A DNA stretch of 64,000 nucleotides from Burkholderiales bacterium (lineage in GTDB: Bacteria; Pseudomonadota; Gammaproteobacteria; Burkholderiales; SG8-39): positions 1,767-65,766 of the forward strand of contig JBCKLP010000001.1 of the NCBI GenBank assembly GCA_038903735.1. Reading direction: 5' to 3'. This document shows, piece by piece, positions 46,808 to 56,534 of this stretch. The translations under genes and the position numbers were made by a program. Below the pieces are notes generated by a model, which worked only from the letters and a program-made list of their open reading frames with translations, was not told the origin of the DNA and made no database searches. Numbering within the stretch: position 1 is the first letter of the stretch; the number at the start of each line of letters is the position of its first letter.

Positions 46808-47745
46808 GTCGCTTCCGCCGGTGCCAGTGAGGCGCGCAAAGCCTCGAGATCAATGCCGAGCTGCTGCAGTTGGCCGGGCGGGCAAAGCGGAAAACCGCTG
46901 CGCACGCGCGAATCGAAATAGGCCTGCGACACGCTGCGCGCAAGATTCCGGATGCGGCCGATATAGGCGGCGCGCTCGGTTACCGAGATGGCGCCTCGCG
47001 CATCCAGCAGATTGAAGGTGTGCGCGGCCTTGAGCACCTTTTCGTAAGCCGGCAGGGCCAGCCTGGCCTGCATCAGGCGTCTGGCGTCGGTTTCATGATC
47101 GGTGAAATGCCGGAACAGCATGCCGACATCCGCTTGCTCGAAGTTGTATATCGATTGCTCGACTTCGTTCTGGTGATAGACATCGCGATACTTCAGGCCC
47201 GGCGTCCACACCAGGTCAAATACATTCTCCACATCCTGCAGGTACATGGCCAGACGTTCCAGGCCGTAGGTGATTTCGCCCATGACCGGCTTGCAATCCA
47301 GCCCCCCTACCTGCTGAAAATAGGTGAGCTGGGTGATTTCCATGCCGTTCAACCAGACCTCCCAGCCCAGTCCCCATGCGCCCAGCGTGGGGTTTTCCCA
47401 GTCGTCCTCGACAAAGCGCACGTCGTGCGCGCGAGGATCGATACCTATGGCTTCCAGCGACGCGAGGTAAAGATCGAGAATCTGCGGTGGAGATGGTTTG
47501 AGAACCACCTGGTACTGGTAATAATGCTGCAAGCGATTGGGATTGTCGCCATAGCGACCATCCTTGGGGCGTCGCGAGGGCTGAACATAGGCGGCCCGCC
47601 AGGGTTCCGGGCCGATGGCGCGCAAAAATGTTGCCGTGTGCGAGGTGCCGGCGCCGACTTCAAGGTCGCAGGGCTGCAATAGCGCGCAGCCTTGTTCTGC
47701 CCAGAATTGCTGCAGACGAAGTATGAGTTCCTGGAAGGTGGGCAT
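46804..47745 (-). CDS. glyQ: glycine--tRNA ligase alpha subunit
   Basis: Starts [20 protein letters not shown] and is highly conserved throughout. Confidence 0.95.
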   Translation of the reverse strand: MPTFQELILRLQQFWAEQGCALLQPCDLEVGAGTSHTATFLRAIGPEPWRAAYVQPSRRPKDGRYGDNPNRLQHYYQYQVVLKPSPPQILDLYLASLEAIGIDPRAHDVRFVEDDWENPTLGAWGLGWEVWLNGMEITQLTYFQQVGGLDCKPVMGEITYGLERLAMYLQDVENVFDLVWTPGLKYRDVYHQNEVEQSIYNFEQADVGMLFRHFTDHETDARRLMQARLALPAYEKVLKAAHTFNLLDARGAISVTERAAYIGRIRNLARSVSQAYFDSRVRSGFPLCPPGQLQQLGIDLEALRASLAPAEAT

Positions 47746-47807
47746 GAGGCAGGTGGCCAACAGAGGTTGATGATAAGCGCCGCGATTTTACCGGCATTTG
47801 CCCTGTA

Positions 47808-49346
47808 TCAGGCGCCAGGTGAGCGACTGATTGGTGGTGAATGGCGTAATCGCAATGCCAATAGAATCGCGACCAGCAGCATCAGGATGGAAATGCCCAG
47901 CACGGCACGATTTCCCAACCGGACATAAGGCGTGGCGCCGCCCAGGGGCTGTGCCCGCGCAAGCAGTACCCCTTCGGAGAACTTGGGCAACTGTGCGAGC
48001 ACGGTGCCACGTTCATCAATGATGGCCGTGATCCCGGTATTGGTCGCGCGCAGCATATTGCGGCCGGTTTCCAGTGCGCGCATGCGCGAGATCTGCAGGT
48101 GCTGCCCGGGGGCCAGCGAATCGCCGAACCAGGCAACGTTGGACAGATTGGCAAGCAGGGTGGCCTCGGGAAGCTGCGCGATCAATTCTTCGCCGAAGGC
48201 ATCTTCGTAGCAAACGCTAATGCCCACCCGCACCCCGGCGGCACGCAGCGGCCGCGCTGGTGTGCCGGCGCTGAAATCGGATAGCGGAATTCGTAAGGTT
48301 CCCATTATCCATTTGAATTCCGGCGGCACAAACTCCCCCAGCGGAACCAGATGGGATTTGGCATAGAACTGAAGATCGGAGGTCCCCAGGCTGACGACTC
48401 CGTTGAAGTAGCTGCCGCTGTTATTGCGAAACGGCGCGCCCAGCAGGATATCGGCGCGTTGGCGGCGTGCCGAATCGCCGAGGCTGTCCAGATATCCCGG
48501 ATCGACCAGATCGAGAAAGCGCGGAATCGCGGTCTCCGGGAGCACGATCAGTTTGGCTTCGCTGGCATCGATCAGCCGTTGGTAGGTAGCCAGCGTGGCC
48601 GCGTACTGCGAGGGTTCAAACTTCATGCTTTGCGGGATATTTCCCTGAATCAACGCGACCGGTACCGCTTCACCATCAGGGGTGACCCAATCCACCAGGC
48701 GCAACAGCGCACCGCCGGCAAACAGTGCGGCGGCCAGGGTCAGCATTCCCAGCCGCAGATAATTTGATTTGACAGTAATAGCCGCAGCCAGTGCGCCAGC
48801 CGCAATCGCGATCAGAAGAGAAAGGCCGAACACCCCCAGTAGCGGCGCGTAACCGCTGAGCGGTGTGTCGATCTGCGCGTAGCCCATGGAGAGCCACGGA
48901 AAACCGGTCAGCAGCCAGCCACGCAGCCACTCGGTGAGCATCCACAGTGGCGGAATCAGCAGCGTGGCACGCAGCGCGGGCGCCAGTTCCAGGCGCGCCT
49001 GCAGTGATCCGGCCAGCGCGGGAAACAGCGCCAGGTACGCGCAGAAAAAGGCGGTGGCAAGCGCGGCCAGCGGCGCGGGCATCATGCCGAACTCATGCAG
49101 GCTGACGTAGACCCAGGATGCGCCTGCGCCGAAAAGACCGATGCCGAAGGCAAAACCCTGCAAGGCGGCCTCCCGCGGAGCGGGGGTTCGCAGCCAGAGA
49201 AACACCAGCAGTGCCAGGCAAAGCCCGGACAACCAGGGCAGGCCTATGGGCGAAAATCCCGCCGTGGCGCCGACGCCCGCGGCAACTGCGGAAAAAGCAC
49301 GTCCGTTTCGCGAATCAAAAGTTCGCGCGATGCCCGCCCTGTTCAA
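47808..49346 (-). CDS. lnt: apolipoprotein N-acyltransferase
   Basis: 512 aa with a multi-TM N-terminus and a CN-hydrolase domain carrying ISVCYEDAF. Confidence 0.9.
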   Translation of the reverse strand: MNRAGIARTFDSRNGRAFSAVAAGVGATAGFSPIGLPWLSGLCLALLVFLWLRTPAPREAALQGFAFGIGLFGAGASWVYVSLHEFGMMPAPLAALATAFFCAYLALFPALAGSLQARLELAPALRATLLIPPLWMLTEWLRGWLLTGFPWLSMGYAQIDTPLSGYAPLLGVFGLSLLIAIAAGALAAAITVKSNYLRLGMLTLAAALFAGGALLRLVDWVTPDGEAVPVALIQGNIPQSMKFEPSQYAATLATYQRLIDASEAKLIVLPETAIPRFLDLVDPGYLDSLGDSARRQRADILLGAPFRNNSGSYFNGVVSLGTSDLQFYAKSHLVPLGEFVPPEFKWIMGTLRIPLSDFSAGTPARPLRAAGVRVGISVCYEDAFGEELIAQLPEATLLANLSNVAWFGDSLAPGQHLQISRMRALETGRNMLRATNTGITAIIDERGTVLAQLPKFSEGVLLARAQPLGGATPYVRLGNRAVLGISILMLLVAILLALRLRHSPPISRSPGA

Positions 49347-50173
49347 CTGCGACCGGGAAGCTTCTGTACCGAGAGCAGATACAAGCGCCGGCTGTCAGCG
49401 CGCAACACTGAGATGCGCAGGCCCTCGATGGTGGCTGATTCGCCGCGCTTGGGCAGTCTGCCGAAGCGGTGGATAAGGAGTCCTCCGGCGGTGTCGAAAT
49501 TTTCCACGGGGAAGGAGGTGCCGAATACCCGGTTGAAGTCGGCGATTTCGGTTTGTGCCTTGACACGATATTGCCCGCCGGTTTCGCTGACGATGTTGTC
49601 CGCTGCGTCGTCGAAATCGTATTCGTCCTCGATTTCGCCCACGATCTGCTCGAGCACATCCTCAATGCTGATGAGGCCGGCCACACCGCCGTACTCGTCC
49701 ACCACAATGGCCATGTGATTGCGGTTGGCGCGAAACTCACGCAACAGGACATTGAGCGGCTTGGCTTCGGGTACGAACACCACGGGCCGCAGCATCTCGC
49801 GGACGCTGAACTCCTCCTCGCCCGCGTAGTGGCGCAACAGGTCTTTTGCCAGCAGTATGCCGATGACATTGTCGCGGTTCCTGTCGATCACGGGAAAGCG
49901 TGAATGCGCGGTCGCGATCACGAACGGGATGAACTGCTCGGGCGTTTCGTTGATGTCGATGACCTCCATCTGCGCCCGGGGCACCATGATGTCGCGCACC
50001 TTCAATTCCGAGACCTGCAGCACCCCCTCGGTCATCAACAGGGCATCGGCATCCAGGAGGTTGCGCTGGTGAGCCGAGTGCAGCAGTTCGAGCAACTGCT
50101 TGCGGTCCTGCGGTTCGCGCATCAGCAGCGCCGACAGCCGCTCGATCAGTGATGGCTTATCAGTTTCGTTCAT
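49343..50173 (-). CDS. corC: CBS-pair / CorC_HlyC domain protein (Mg/Co efflux-associated)
   Basis: 276 aa with two CBS motifs and a C-terminal transporter-associated domain. It sits in the ybeZ-ybeY-corC-lnt order. Confidence 0.85.
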   Translation of the reverse strand: MNETDKPSLIERLSALLMREPQDRKQLLELLHSAHQRNLLDADALLMTEGVLQVSELKVRDIMVPRAQMEVIDINETPEQFIPFVIATAHSRFPVIDRNRDNVIGILLAKDLLRHYAGEEEFSVREMLRPVVFVPEAKPLNVLLREFRANRNHMAIVVDEYGGVAGLISIEDVLEQIVGEIEDEYDFDDAADNIVSETGGQYRVKAQTEIADFNRVFGTSFPVENFDTAGGLLIHRFGRLPKRGESATIEGLRISVLRADSRRLYLLSVQKLPGRS

Positions 50174-50607
50174 AGGTAGGGATCAGGATAGCCCAGTTCG
50201 CGCAGGATGCGCCGCTCCCGGCCTTCCATCAGACGCGCGGACGCGGCGTTGTCGTGATCATAACCGCGCAGGTGAAGGACGCCATGCACGGTGAGGTGCG
50301 CGTAATGGGCCATGATGGATTTGCGTTGCTCGCGAGCCTCGCGCTTGATGACGGTGGCGCAAAGGACCACATCACCGCGGGTGACAGGGGCGGATTCATA
50401 GGAAAACGACAGGACGTTGCTTGCATAATTGCGGTCGCGGAACTGCCGGTTCAGGGAGCGTCCTTCGCGTGTGCCCACCACGCGCACCGTCAGTTCGGCG
50501 CGTTGGCCCAGCGCAGCGCGAGCCCAGCGGCGCAGGTGAGCGCCGCGTGGCACGTCCTTCGCGCGAGTGGCGACCTGCACACTGATGGATGGCAGCGCGG
50601 ATTTCAT
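50170..50607 (-). CDS. ybeY: rRNA maturation endoribonuclease YbeY
   Basis: 145 aa with the zinc motif HGVLHLRGYDH. Confidence 0.92.
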   Translation of the reverse strand: MKSALPSISVQVATRAKDVPRGAHLRRWARAALGQRAELTVRVVGTREGRSLNRQFRDRNYASNVLSFSYESAPVTRGDVVLCATVIKREAREQRKSIMAHYAHLTVHGVLHLRGYDHDNAASARLMEGRERRILRELGYPDPYL

Positions 50608-51665
50608 CCGGGCTGCTCGTCATAGGCGTCCACGATGCGCTGCACCAGCGGATGCCGCACGACATCTTTCGAGGTGAAAGTGGAAAAAGCGATGCCACGG
50701 ACCCCGGTAAGCACCGCGCGAGCATTGACCAGCCCGCTGCTATGGCCGCGAGGCAGATCGACCTGGGTGACATCGCCGTTGACCACCGCCTTGGACCCGA
50801 AGCCGATGCGGGTCAAAAACATTTTCATCTGCTCCGGCGTGGTGTTCTGCGCCTCATCGAGAATGATGAATGAATGGTTGAGGGTGCGGCCGCGCATGTA
50901 GGCAAGCGGCGCAAGCTCGATGGCACCGCGCTCGAAGAGTTTGCCGACCTTGTCGTAGCCCAGCAAATCGTAGAGGGCGTCATACAGCGGCCGGAGATAA
51001 GGATCCACTTTCTGCGCCAGATCGCCTGGCAGAAATCCCAGCCGCTCGCCTGCCTCCACCGCGGGCCGCACCAGAACAATGCGCTTGACCGTGTCGCGTT
51101 CTATCGCATCCACGGCGCAGGCCACCGCGAGATAGGTTTTGCCGGTGCCTGCAGGGCCGATGGCGAAGGTGATGTCATGCGCGAAAATGTCGCGCAGGTA
51201 GGCGCGCTGATTGGGTGTGCGTCCTCTCAGATCGGGCTTGCGGGTGGCAAGTGCGGGTTGCCCGGCATCGTCGGATTCGGGGTCCGTGTTTGCCTGTTCC
51301 ACCAGGGCAAGCTGGATATTTTCCACCGACAGCGTGTCTCCGGAACTGTCGTACAGGGATTGCAGCAGCTTGGCGGCACGGGCGGCATTTTCCGGGTCGC
51401 CGGCAAACGTGAATCGTTCCCCGCGCCGCGCGATGGACACACTCAGCCCGGTCTCGATTTGTCTGAGGTTTTCATCAAGCACGCCGCACAGCCTTGCCAG
51501 GCGCGGATTGTCTATGGGGGCGAAACGCAGTTCGACAGGCTTGGGTTTCAATGCGAAGGAATCTGAAAATCCGGAACGTATAGTGTCGCAGCTTTGCCGG
51601 TCGCCGTGCAAATCTGCTGCCTGCGTTTCCTGGGTTGCGCGAAGGCCGGCAAATTGCCCGGCCAC
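50604..51665 (-). CDS. ybeZ: PhoH-like ATPase
   Basis: Walker A GPAGTGKTYLAVA and IILDEAQN. Apparent GTG start; the exact start is uncertain. Confidence 0.88.
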   Translation of the reverse strand: MAGQFAGLRATQETQAADLHGDRQSCDTIRSGFSDSFALKPKPVELRFAPIDNPRLARLCGVLDENLRQIETGLSVSIARRGERFTFAGDPENAARAAKLLQSLYDSSGDTLSVENIQLALVEQANTDPESDDAGQPALATRKPDLRGRTPNQRAYLRDIFAHDITFAIGPAGTGKTYLAVACAVDAIERDTVKRIVLVRPAVEAGERLGFLPGDLAQKVDPYLRPLYDALYDLLGYDKVGKLFERGAIELAPLAYMRGRTLNHSFIILDEAQNTTPEQMKMFLTRIGFGSKAVVNGDVTQVDLPRGHSSGLVNARAVLTGVRGIAFSTFTSKDVVRHPLVQRIVDAYDEQPG

Positions 51666-51702
51666 GGGACGGCTGACGGCGCTGCCGGGATGCCTGGCAG
51701 AC

Positions 51703-53031
51703 TCAAGCGAGCAGTTCGCCGCGCAGCGTATGTTTTCTGACCTGTGTGATTTTCACCGGCGCAAAGCTGCCGATCAAACGCCTGTCGGCAGGAAAATTCA
51801 CCGTACGGTTATTGCTGCTGCGACCCGCAAGGTCGGCGGAGGTCTTTGCAGAAAGTGCTTCCACCAGAATTTCCTGCGTGCTGCCCAGCATGCCCTGGCT
51901 GATGGCGAGTTCCAGCGCATCGAGCTTATCCTGCAGGCGATGCAGGCGTTCCATTTTCTGCGACTGCGGGGTCTCATCGGCCAGCGCGGCGGCCGGCGTG
52001 CCCGGCCTCGGGCTGTAGACAAAGCAATACGACGCGTCAAAACCAATTTCATCAACCAGATTTAGTGTTGCCGCGAAATCCGTTTCAGTTTCCCCCGGGA
52101 AGCCGACAATGATGTCGGTACCCACGGAAATGCCCGGCCGGGCAGCGTGCAGCCTGCGTATGATGGATTTGTATTCCAACACGGTATAGCCGCGTTTCAT
52201 GGCGGCAAGAATCCGATCCGATCCTGATTGGACCGGCAGGTGGACATGCATTGCGAGTTTGTCGATGCGCGCATGGGCTTCAATCAGCCGGGGGCTGAAT
52301 TCACGCGGATGCGAGGTGGTATAGCGGATTCTTTCAATGCCGGGGATATCGGCCAGGTGTTCGAGCAACAGGGCGAAATCGCAGCCGCCGCGGCTTTCAG
52401 GCGCTGAGTCACGATAGGCATTGACATTCTGTCCCAGCAGCGTGACTTCCCGCACCCCCGCGGAGGCAAGTGCGGCAATCTCGGTGAGCACATCGGCAAG
52501 CGGACGCGAGACTTCCTCGCCACGGGTGTAGGGAACCACACAGAAGCTGCAATACTTGCTGCATCCCTCCATGATGGAAACAAAGGCGCTGGGCCCGTTC
52601 GAGCGCGGTGCCGGCAGATGATCAAATTTTTCGATTTCAGGAAACGATATGTCCACCTGGGGTTTGCCGGAGCTGCGCCGCGCGGCAATCAACTGCGGGA
52701 GGCGATGCAGGGTTTGCGGACCGAATACCAGGTCCACGTAGGGCGCCCGCCTCACGATGGCCTCACCCTCCTGGCTGGCGACGCACCCGCCCACGGCGAT
52801 CAGCAGATCGGGATTGGCCTGCTTGAGATGGCGCACGCGGCCCAGATCATGAAAAACCTTCTCCTGCGCTTTTTCGCGCACAGAGCAGGTATTGAACAGA
52901 ATCAAATCCGCGTTCTCGGGGGTGTCGGTTCGCTCATAGCCTTCGTAGTCGTTAAGGACTTCCGCCATTTTGTCCGAGTCATAGACGTTCATCTGGCAGC
53001 CGAAGGTACGCAAATAAAGCTTTTTGGACAT
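51703..53031 (-). CDS. miaB: tRNA-i6A37 methylthiotransferase
   Basis: 442 aa starting [12 protein letters not shown], with the radical-SAM motif [11 protein letters not shown] and a TRAM C-terminus. Confidence 0.95.
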   Translation of the reverse strand: MSKKLYLRTFGCQMNVYDSDKMAEVLNDYEGYERTDTPENADLILFNTCSVREKAQEKVFHDLGRVRHLKQANPDLLIAVGGCVASQEGEAIVRRAPYVDLVFGPQTLHRLPQLIAARRSSGKPQVDISFPEIEKFDHLPAPRSNGPSAFVSIMEGCSKYCSFCVVPYTRGEEVSRPLADVLTEIAALASAGVREVTLLGQNVNAYRDSAPESRGGCDFALLLEHLADIPGIERIRYTTSHPREFSPRLIEAHARIDKLAMHVHLPVQSGSDRILAAMKRGYTVLEYKSIIRRLHAARPGISVGTDIIVGFPGETETDFAATLNLVDEIGFDASYCFVYSPRPGTPAAALADETPQSQKMERLHRLQDKLDALELAISQGMLGSTQEILVEALSAKTSADLAGRSSNNRTVNFPADRRLIGSFAPVKITQVRKHTLRGELLA

Positions 53032-53117
53032 GGTTCAGCCCGCGCCGTATTCAGGCAGGGACGCTGCCGGAAGCGACGGCAGGCAAGTGGATTTTATTGA
53101 AATGAGGCGCTCGAATG

Positions 53118-53444
53118 TCACGGGCGCTGCGGCCTTTCACGCGCCGCCTCTTGGGCAGTCAGCAGCCAGGCACGCGCGATCTGCCCGTTGCGGTCCAGCA
53201 GAAATTCGGCCAGGGCCCCGTCGTTTGGCAGCGCGGCCGGAACGACGATCAGGTTTAGCTGATTGCGTATGGTTCCGCCTGGGGCCAGGTGGACTTGTTT
53301 TTCGTCAATGCTGAGCACGAATCCCTGTATATGCCGCAACCAGCCCCGCTGCGCATCGGCGGGAATCTGGCGCAATTGCGCATGGCTCAGGTTGACCAGA
53401 CACAGGAACAGGCTGCCGATAAGGTACAGTAGCCATCGATTCAT
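53118..53444 (-). CDS. small exported hypothetical protein
   Basis: 108 aa with a clear signal peptide (MNRWLLYLIGSLFLCLVNLSHA). No recognisable motif. Confidence 0.5.
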   Translation of the reverse strand: MNRWLLYLIGSLFLCLVNLSHAQLRQIPADAQRGWLRHIQGFVLSIDEKQVHLAPGGTIRNQLNLIVVPAALPNDGALAEFLLDRNGQIARAWLLTAQEAARERPQRP

Positions 53445-53500
53445 AGCGCTGGGACCCTTGTGACGTTAGTGCCTACTTACGCATAGGACCAAGAGAATCG

Positions 53501-53547
53501 TGGTGGCGAATGTAGGATTCGAACCTACGACCTGCGGATTATGATTC
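53501..53547 (-). repeat. 47-nt copy of a tRNA(CAT) 3' half (att-like direct repeat / tRNA fragment)
   Basis: Matches tRNA 55133-55209 from the anticodon loop to CCA. The exception is a T-stem carrying compensatory changes (GTAGG/CCTAC versus CACAG/CTGTG). The 5' half is absent. Confidence 0.85.
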
Positions 53548-53599
53548 GGGCGAGTGGAGAAATTCAGCACAAGCTGCAATATACAACAACAATCGAATC

Positions 53600-53692
53600 A
53601 TCGGCTTGTTATCGGCTTGTCATCGGCTTGTCTATTCCTGGTTGTTCCTGCTTTTTCCTGCTTTGTGTGCCTCAGTGTGCCGCCAGTGTGCC
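53600..53692. repeat. three consecutive triplets of short direct repeats with ~10-11-bp phasing
   Basis: ATCGGCTTGTY x3 (53600-53632), TTCCTG x3 at 10-bp spacing (53635-53660), and GTGTGCC x3 at 10/11-bp spacing (53665-53692). Confidence 0.85.
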
Positions 53693-53845
53693 ACGGCGAA
53701 GCGGATTGAATAGGCGTTCAGTCGATAATGCCGTCCACGGTTCGCCAGGATCGCGCCCAGGCGCGCACGCCGGCTGGCCCGGTAAGTCACGCATATCCCA
53801 AACAAGTTATCCGGTAAACAATCTGTGGCCTGTTTAACGCTTCAG

Positions 53846-54835
53846 TCAGACTGGCGCGCCCGAGGCGCGTATTACCGGCGCCCAGCGCTTCAACTCGGCT
53901 GCGACGAAAGCGGTAAATGCCTTCGGATCGAGATTGCCCAGTTCGATACCTTCGGGCCGCAGCCGCTGAAGTACTTCGGGAAGCCGAAGAATCCGGCGTA
54001 CTTCGGTGTTCAGGCGCTGCACGATGTCCTGCGGCATTCCAGCCGGACCTGACAGGGAGATCCAGAGCGTGGCCGTCAGTTCCGGATGACCGAGTTCGGC
54101 GAACGTCGGGACATCGGGAAAGTCGGGCACGCGCGAGGTCGAGGCTACTGCGAGCGCTCGCGCTTTTCCGCTCTTTATTTGCTCGGACACTACCGTCATC
54201 GACGTCGAGATGGCAGGGATGTGTCCGGCAATAAAATCGTTGACCGCCAAAGCCGCTCCCTTGTAGGGCACATGCAGCATGTCGATTCCGATCAGTTGCT
54301 TGAAATTCTCGCCGAACAGATGGCCTAGCGAGCCAACGCCCGCGGAGCCGTAGCTCAGCTTGCCCGGCTGGGACTTGGCGTACGCGATGAATTCTTTAAG
54401 GTCGCGCGCGGGGACGCTTGGGTGTACCGTCAGCGCGTTAGGCGGTCCGCCGAAAAGTGCAATATGCGTGAAGTCGCGCATAGGATCGTACGGGGCTTTC
54501 TTCGACATCGTTGGTGCGGTTACGAGCGAAGCGACCCCGGATACGAGCAGCATGTAGCCGTCGGGTGGCGCCTTCGCTACCCTATCGGAACCGATCAGGT
54601 TACCTGCGCCCGGGACGTTTTCAACGACGAAAGCCTGCTTCATGCTCTCGGTAAGCTTCTGCGCAACAATCCGTCCCAGTATATCCGTGGTGCCGCCCGG
54701 AGCGGACGGTACGACGATGCGTACCGGTTTTGCAGGCCAAGCTTGCGCGGCTGCTGTCCCACAAGACAGTGATAATGCAATCAGCAAAGCGCGCAGACCA
54801 AGGCCGGTGAGCGATGATTTCATATTCATATTCAT
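53846..54835 (-). CDS. Bug/TctC family substrate-binding protein
   Basis: Starts MNMNMKSSLTGLG with AGGAG SD. Has a signal peptide followed by WPAKPVRIVVPSAPGGTTDILGRIV. Confidence 0.85.
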   Translation of the reverse strand: MNMNMKSSLTGLGLRALLIALSLSCGTAAAQAWPAKPVRIVVPSAPGGTTDILGRIVAQKLTESMKQAFVVENVPGAGNLIGSDRVAKAPPDGYMLLVSGVASLVTAPTMSKKAPYDPMRDFTHIALFGGPPNALTVHPSVPARDLKEFIAYAKSQPGKLSYGSAGVGSLGHLFGENFKQLIGIDMLHVPYKGAALAVNDFIAGHIPAISTSMTVVSEQIKSGKARALAVASTSRVPDFPDVPTFAELGHPELTATLWISLSGPAGMPQDIVQRLNTEVRRILRLPEVLQRLRPEGIELGNLDPKAFTAFVAAELKRWAPVIRASGAPV

Positions 54836-55064
54836 GAGAAATCTCCTAAGCAGATCAGAATAAATAGCAACAACGGTAATCTTATGGTTATTTTTAAAGT
54901 TCCGTTTAAACACAGTAGGTTGTTTTTACATCGTGACGATATGGCACACAATTGGCACAGTAGCGGCCCCGAAGGTGTGCTTATCCACAGGCTAGGGTGG
55001 TTGCGGTATTCTTGACAGTAGTCGGGGCTGGTGCGGTGTGGCGTCTTGGCAATTGCGCTGGGTA

Positions 55065-55086
55065 AGTGTGCCAAGAGTGTGCCAAG
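55065..55086. repeat. AGTGTGCCAAG x2 tandem (same GTGTGCC core as 53665-53692)
   Basis: A perfect 11-bp duplication 46 nt from the tRNA 3' end. Inverted GGCACAC/GGCACAG copies lie at 54943-54960. Confidence 0.8.
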
Positions 55087-55132
55087 AGACACAAAAGAAA
55101 GCGGTCACTATCGTTAGAAACCGTATGAATAC

Positions 55133-55209
55133 TGGTGGCGAATCACAGATTCGAACTGTGGACCTGCGGATTATGATTCCGTCGCTCTAACCGACTGAGC
55201 TAATTCGCC
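55133..55209 (-). tRNA. tRNA with CAT anticodon (Met; Ile2/lysidine type not excluded)
   Basis: 77-nt cloverleaf folded by hand: GGCGAAT/ATTCGCC acceptor, GCTC/GAGC D stem, anticodon loop ATCATAA, CACAG-TTCGAAT-CTGTG T arm, encoded CCA. Confidence 0.85.
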
Positions 55210-55223
55210 ATGCAAGGCCGCAA

Positions 55224-55252
55224 ATTGTCGTTTTTTATCCCTTCATTGTCAA
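55224..55252 (-). promoter_or_regulatory. candidate sigma70 promoter of the tRNA gene
   Basis: On the minus strand, TTGACA-17 nt-GACAAT. The -10 element ends about 14 nt upstream of the tRNA 5' end. Confidence 0.5.
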
Positions 55253-55336
55253 GGAGATAGCCCTGATACCCGGTTGCCCATACCCCTTGATTCCGGCCTT
55301 GGCGGACAGCTTGGCAACGCCCTGTGGATCACCCCT

Positions 55337-56530
55337 ATGCGCCCCGGAACGCCGGTGAGCGATGCTTCGGTCTGTGATGTGTTGGTCGTCGGTGCCGGGC
55401 TGAGCGGCGCAAGTCTGGCCTGTGCTTTGCGGGGAAGCGGATTACGAATTACCGTCCTTGAATCCTTGCCCCCGGCGGAGGCCTCAGCAAACTGGGACAC
55501 GCGGATTTACGCTTTGTCGCCGGCCAGCCAGGAATTCCTTGCCAAGCTTGGACTGTGGGAGCAACTTGATCAGGGTCGCATTGAGCCGGTCCGCGCCATG
55601 CGGGTTTTCGGCGATGACGGTGAATCACGGCTTGAATTTTCGGCCTATGAGTGCGCGGTTGATCGCCTGGCAAGCATTGTCGAAGCGGGTGCGGTGCAAC
55701 GAATGCTCTGGCAGACACTGCAGAGTGCACGCGAGGTTGAACTGCTGTGTCCGCAAACTGCCACGGAATTCAACTGGCATGACGAGGCTTGCGAAATCCG
55801 CCTGGCTGGCGGACGGCGAATCACAGCGCGGTTGGTGGTTGCCGCCGATGGCATGTATTCCGCGCTGCGCGCCGCCGCGGGCATCGCCGCGCAGATTGAA
55901 CCCGCAGGCCAGCAGGGTGTGGTTGCGAATTTTTCCTGTTCGCTGCCGCATCGTGGTTCAGCGTTTCAGTGGTTTCGGGAGGACGGGGTGCTTGCCTGGC
56001 TGCCTCTTCCGGGCGGGCGCTGCTCCATGGTGTGGTCGGCCGGCGAGGACCATGCGAGCCGCCTGCTGGGCATGGATGAGGATTCCCTTTGCAGGCAGGT
56101 GGCACAGGCGGGCGATCACCGGCTCGGCGAAATGACACTGCTTGGCCCTGTGGCCGCATTTCCGCTGGCCTGGCTTGCCGTGCGCAATCGGGTTCAAGCC
56201 CGTCTGGCACTGATAGGCGATGCCGGTCACGTCGTGCATCCACTGGCGGGGCAGGGCGCTAACCTGGGACTGGGCGATGCCCGTGTGCTGGCTGGACTGC
56301 TTGTGACCTGCGCGGCGCGACGTTCCGACCCCGGCGATCTCTTGTTGTTGCGAAAGTTCGAGCGCGCGCGCGCGGAGCCTATACTCGCCATGCGTCTGGC
56401 CACCAAGGGCCTGAAGGGATTATTCGAGGCACGTTCGCCGGCGTTGGCGAAACTGCGCAATTTCGGATTGAACTTGACCGACCGGACAGGTGTCCTAAAG
56501 AAGATTCTCGCCCGCCATGCCATGGAATAA
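55337..56530 (+). CDS. UbiH/UbiF/VisC/COQ6 family FAD-dependent monooxygenase
   Basis: CDVLVVGAGLSGASLA dinucleotide fold and GDAGHVVHPLAGQGANLG. This is the second paralog in the window. Confidence 0.8.
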   Translation: MRPGTPVSDASVCDVLVVGAGLSGASLACALRGSGLRITVLESLPPAEASANWDTRIYALSPASQEFLAKLGLWEQLDQGRIEPVRAMRVFGDDGESRLEFSAYECAVDRLASIVEAGAVQRMLWQTLQSAREVELLCPQTATEFNWHDEACEIRLAGGRRITARLVVAADGMYSALRAAAGIAAQIEPAGQQGVVANFSCSLPHRGSAFQWFREDGVLAWLPLPGGRCSMVWSAGEDHASRLLGMDEDSLCRQVAQAGDHRLGEMTLLGPVAAFPLAWLAVRNRVQARLALIGDAGHVVHPLAGQGANLGLGDARVLAGLLVTCAARRSDPGDLLLLRKFERARAEPILAMRLATKGLKGLFEARSPALAKLRNFGLNLTDRTGVLKKILARHAME

Positions 56531-56534
56531 AACG

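Noticed and set aside
53693-53845. Remnant of an integrase C-terminus next to the tRNA fragment
   Set aside because: Some frames give vaguely integrase-like strings (RDL..., ...AILANRG...). No single frame carries the R-H-R-Y box pattern, and I cannot support the call without a search.
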